Shown here one piece after another: positions 61,402-64,000 of a stretch of 64,000 nt of DNA. Below the pieces are notes generated by a model. That model saw only the letters and a program-made list of their open reading frames with translations, made no database searches and was not told where the DNA came from. Numbering within the stretch: position 1 is the first letter of the stretch; the number at the start of each line of letters is the position of its first letter. The translations under genes were made by a program, and so were the position numbers. The DNA comes from an uncultured Candidatus Saccharibacteria bacterium (GTDB lineage: Bacteria > Patescibacteriota > Minisyncoccia > Phycocordibacterales > CSBR16-119). The stretch covers positions 58,482-122,481 of the forward strand of contig CAZLAD010000001.1 of the NCBI GenBank assembly GCA_964557535.1, written 5' to 3'.

Positions 61402-61911
61402 ATGCAATATAACATTCACCCGCTCTTCGTTCATTTTCCGATAGCTTTTTTATTGTTTTATTCCGCCATAAGAATTTTGCCACTCGAGCGATGGCTCTCA
61501 AACATTAACTGGAAATCTACAAGACTGGTTCTCTTGGTATGTGGTGTCGCTGGAGCAATTTTTTCAAATCTGACTGGCGAGATTGCCGAACATATTGCAA
61601 GACCAAATCATGACATTGTCGAAACCCACGCGTTCTTTGCATTGACCTCTAGCTGGATATATGGAATCTTGCTTGTTGGTGAATTAATTTCTGTCATTAA
61701 ATCTTATGTTCGCAAGGTAATTTCCATTGATTGGTTAATGAAAGTTCTTGATTTCGTTGACCGTATTTTGAATAATAAATACATAGCTATTCTGCTTTCT
61801 TTGGCTGGGGTTTTGGCTATTTCTGTCACCGGCCTTCTAGGCGGAGTAATGGTCTACGGCGTATCGGCAGACCCACTCGCGCCATTTGTACTACGGATCC
61901 TTGGTTTGTGA
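61402..61911 (+). CDS. Hypothetical integral membrane protein (169 aa, about 4 TM)
   Basis: Multiple hydrophobic helices. No recognised motifs. Confidence 0.5.
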   Translation: MQYNIHPLFVHFPIAFLLFYSAIRILPLERWLSNINWKSTRLVLLVCGVAGAIFSNLTGEIAEHIARPNHDIVETHAFFALTSSWIYGILLVGELISVIKSYVRKVISIDWLMKVLDFVDRILNNKYIAILLSLAGVLAISVTGLLGGVMVYGVSADPLAPFVLRILGL

Positions 61912-61969
61912 TAAAATGAGTGTATTAAAGGTTTCGTAACCAATATGGTAAAACCACGGAGTAAATTTT

Positions 61970-62383
61970 ATGGAATATTCCAAGTACAATAAAATAATCT
62001 TTTTCGTGAGCCTTGGGGGACTCCTGTTTTCTGGATATCTAAGCGCGATAAAATTATTTACTTCTACCTGTGCCTTTAACGAAACCTGTCCGTACTTTTT
62101 GGGCTATCCGACATGTTTCTATGGATTCTTTATATTCCTCGTCATTTTTGTCGCCTCGCTTCTCGGAATGTTTAAAAATGCGAGAAGAGAAACCGTGATA
62201 CTTGCTCATGTCATTGTCTCGATTTTGGGCATTATGTTTGCTGGTTATTTTGTCGTCCATGAAATCGATCTTACTGTCGGCAATTTCATGCTCGGTCTTC
62301 CAACATGCGTTTACGGATTTGTTTTTTATGTCGCGATTTTTATCTTCTCAATTAAACAATTTGTAAAAAGCAAAGGTTATTAA
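61970..62383 (+). CDS. Hypothetical 4-TM membrane protein with Cys pairs (possible VKOR/DsbB-like thiol oxidoreductase)
   Basis: Four TM helices. TCAFNETC loop Cys pair. Repeated PTCFYGF and PTCVYGF motifs inside TM helices. Weak resemblance to VKOR topology. Confidence 0.35.
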   Translation: MEYSKYNKIIFFVSLGGLLFSGYLSAIKLFTSTCAFNETCPYFLGYPTCFYGFFIFLVIFVASLLGMFKNARRETVILAHVIVSILGIMFAGYFVVHEIDLTVGNFMLGLPTCVYGFVFYVAIFIFSIKQFVKSKGY

Positions 62384-62399
62384 AAATAATTTTAATGTT

Positions 62400-62903
62400 A
62401 TGACAACCAAGAAACAAAGCCTCGCCGCAAAAAAGAATATAAAGAAAGCTCAAGCGGTATGGAATGGTATGACCAAGAGACAACATTCTCTAGCCCAGCC
62501 AGAAGGGCGAATGCGTCAAAAACCTGGCGCAACAGGGAAGGGTGAATTTTATAGAATCGAAGTTCGGCCAAAGGGCGAGTTCAAGACTTTTCGCGTTCAG
62601 GACGTCGGAGGCAAAGGCGGACTTGAGCGGCTGGCCGGCAAGAGGACCTCTGGATCATGGGACACTGTTTCGTGGCTGGTATCAAAGAAAGATGCGAAAG
62701 TCGTAGACAAGAAATTGGTCATCACTGGTACAAAAGCCAAATCAGTTTTGAAAAGTTTGCGTGGCCCGATAGTTTGGGTCAAGGGAGATATCTTCAAATC
62801 TCATCCCGTAAAGAATGTTCCCGAGTCCAAAAAACCAACTCCAGCAATGCGTAAGGCTCAAATGTCTAATATCAAAAAAGCCCAGGCAGTCCGACGGAAA
62901 TAA
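62400..62903 (+). CDS. Hypothetical basic protein (167 aa) with matching N- and C-terminal KKAQAV repeats
   Basis: AAKKNIKKAQAVWNG at the N-terminus and KAQMSNIKKAQAVRRK at the C-terminus. Lys/Arg-rich. Confidence 0.45.
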   Translation: MTTKKQSLAAKKNIKKAQAVWNGMTKRQHSLAQPEGRMRQKPGATGKGEFYRIEVRPKGEFKTFRVQDVGGKGGLERLAGKRTSGSWDTVSWLVSKKDAKVVDKKLVITGTKAKSVLKSLRGPIVWVKGDIFKSHPVKNVPESKKPTPAMRKAQMSNIKKAQAVRRK

Positions 62904-63003
62904 AAATTCTCGAGAACTTCGTAATCGGATTTTAAATGAAAAAATGAAAAAGAAGAAGCCCGGCATAACCGGGCTCTCCAAAAGTACGTAAGTGTTGGTC
63001 TTG

Positions 63004-63765
63004 CTAGAATCTTCCTCCAGCGCCACCACCACCAAAGCTTCCGCCTCCGAAACCACCTCCGCCAGAGTAACCACCGGAAGATCCACTACTGTAGCCACCA
63101 CTGTATCCTCCGTAACTTCCGCCGCCGCCTGACTGGTTGCTTACCCAGACTATGAACAAGATTGCGACGACGACAACGATTGCCAGTATCACGATCAACC
63201 ACACCGCCATCCGTGTTGTGGCTTCTTCACGAAGCCTCTTCACTTCAGCGCGCTCCTCTGGCGTCATCAGGATGTTCCTGTTGATTTCCTGGAGTCCTGC
63301 TTGTAGACCTTCGAACCACTTCTCCTCCTTCAAAAAGGGGATCATAGTGTCCTCGATGATTTGCTTGCAAGTCGCATCGGGCAAGTCGTCCTCATGGCCG
63401 TATCCTGTGGCAATGAAAAGATCTCGGTCGCCTTCGCCTTGACCCATGGATAAAAGGATCAGAATTCCGCTGTCGCGGTCTTTGCGGCCGACGCCCCATT
63501 TGTTGCCGATCTCGAATGCCGTGGTTGCAACATCAGCACCGTCAAGATCAGATAGAATGACGATGACGATCTGACTCAACGTGCTATCGCTATATGCGCG
63601 CAGTTGTTGTTCGAGACTCGCCACCTCTTCGGGCGTGAGTACGCCAGCGATGTCGTTCATGAACGTAGCGGGCTCGGGTCGTTCGGGGATGTTGTTGCCC
63701 CGCATGTTCGAAGTTCCAAGCATGCTGAGCATGACAAGGAAGAAAGACAAAAGGCGTGTTTTCAT
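63004..63765 (-). CDS. TPM-domain protein (YgcG/TLP18.3-like) with C-terminal TM and Gly/Ser/Tyr-rich tail
   Basis: Signal peptide. TPM fold signature (IVIVILSDLDGADV...GNKWGVGRKDRDSGILILLSMG...IATGYGHE). TM. GGYSGG repeats. GC about 52%. Confidence 0.75.
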   Translation of the reverse strand: MKTRLLSFFLVMLSMLGTSNMRGNNIPERPEPATFMNDIAGVLTPEEVASLEQQLRAYSDSTLSQIVIVILSDLDGADVATTAFEIGNKWGVGRKDRDSGILILLSMGQGEGDRDLFIATGYGHEDDLPDATCKQIIEDTMIPFLKEEKWFEGLQAGLQEINRNILMTPEERAEVKRLREEATTRMAVWLIVILAIVVVVAILFIVWVSNQSGGGGSYGGYSGGYSSGSSGGYSGGGGFGGGSFGGGGAGGRF

Positions 63766-63895
63766 GAGTGTTGGTTCGGTTTGGTTTGTCAGAGGTCAAA
63801 AATCCTTATGCCTTATATCATATAAACAGTATAATGTCAATACAAAAAGATAGGGAATTATGAGAAGAAAAGTTTAATACAAAAGAAGAAGCCCC

Positions 63896-63926
63896 GGCAT
63901 TGCGCCGGGGCTTCGTTCGAAAACGA
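63896..63926 (-). terminator. Hairpin terminator for a minus-strand gene entering from the right edge
   Basis: Stem GCCCCGGC/GCCGGGGC with loop ATTGC. T-rich on the minus strand after the stem. Confidence 0.5.
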
Positions 63927-64000
63927 CCGTTCTCAACTTCTCACCGAGGAAGAGCCTCTTGTGTTTTTGGACGCGGTTCACTCCGTTGTTGCTGTGTGCT

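Noticed and set aside
1-64000. CRISPR arrays, rRNA, tRNA and insertion-sequence transposases
   Set aside because: No regularly spaced direct repeats, no rRNA-like conserved blocks, no cloverleaf candidates, and no transposase or integrase-like ORFs were seen. The repeat families found are IR-bounded non-coding elements without coding capacity.

Overview
The window is about 64 kb of roughly 40% GC, gene-dense bacterial chromosome. Its content fits a reduced-genome Patescibacteria/CPR (Parcubacteria-like) organism: minimal and truncated aaRS (AlaRS lacking the C-Ala domain, AspRS without the GAD insertion, a 433-aa GluRS), degenerate PriA, RecR and HolB motifs, and two PaaX-family paralogs. Recognisable content, in order: priA; a tightly overlapping murA-murB-murE-murD-murC-murF operon; mreB; a holB-like gene; frr; rseP; a sigma-region-4/HARE-HTH fusion protein; mltG; a DnaQ-like exonuclease; mnmA; alaS; infA; rpmJ (missed by the ORF track); rpsM-rpsK-rpsD-rpoA-rplQ-rplM-rpsI; a grpE-dnaK-(membrane protein)-(YbaK-like deacylase)-dnaJ operon flanked by two PaaX-like regulators; cysS; corA; rplU; recR; dnaB; trpS; a DEAD-box helicase; aspS; scpA-scpB; and a second cell-wall block dacA-mraY-(repeat protein)-ftsW-murG-gltX. 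These are followed by an M23 peptidase, an MGMT-like protein, several small membrane proteins and a TPM-domain protein. No rRNA, tRNA or CRISPR array was found. Unusual features: (i) a family of at least 7 inverted-repeat-bounded intergenic elements, 5 of them 116-119 nt (E3 80 nt, E4 102 nt), each ending exactly at the start codon of the downstream gene; (ii) pervasive leaderless promoter architecture, with a -10 hexamer 6-9 nt upstream of the start codon; (iii) two further small repeat/promoter families, a candidate sRNA upstream of trpS, and a structured non-coding stretch after rpsI; (iv) about a dozen single-gene GC-rich (50-60%) islands, each with its own GC-stem terminator, mostly encoding secreted or membrane ORFans, one inside the dcw cluster and one carrying a consensus sigma70 promoter with E. 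coli-like codon usage; (v) a dnaK operon with two embedded extra genes, flanking PaaX-like paralogs and a displaced dnaJ 3'-end remnant; (vi) MurA with the active-site Cys replaced by Asp.
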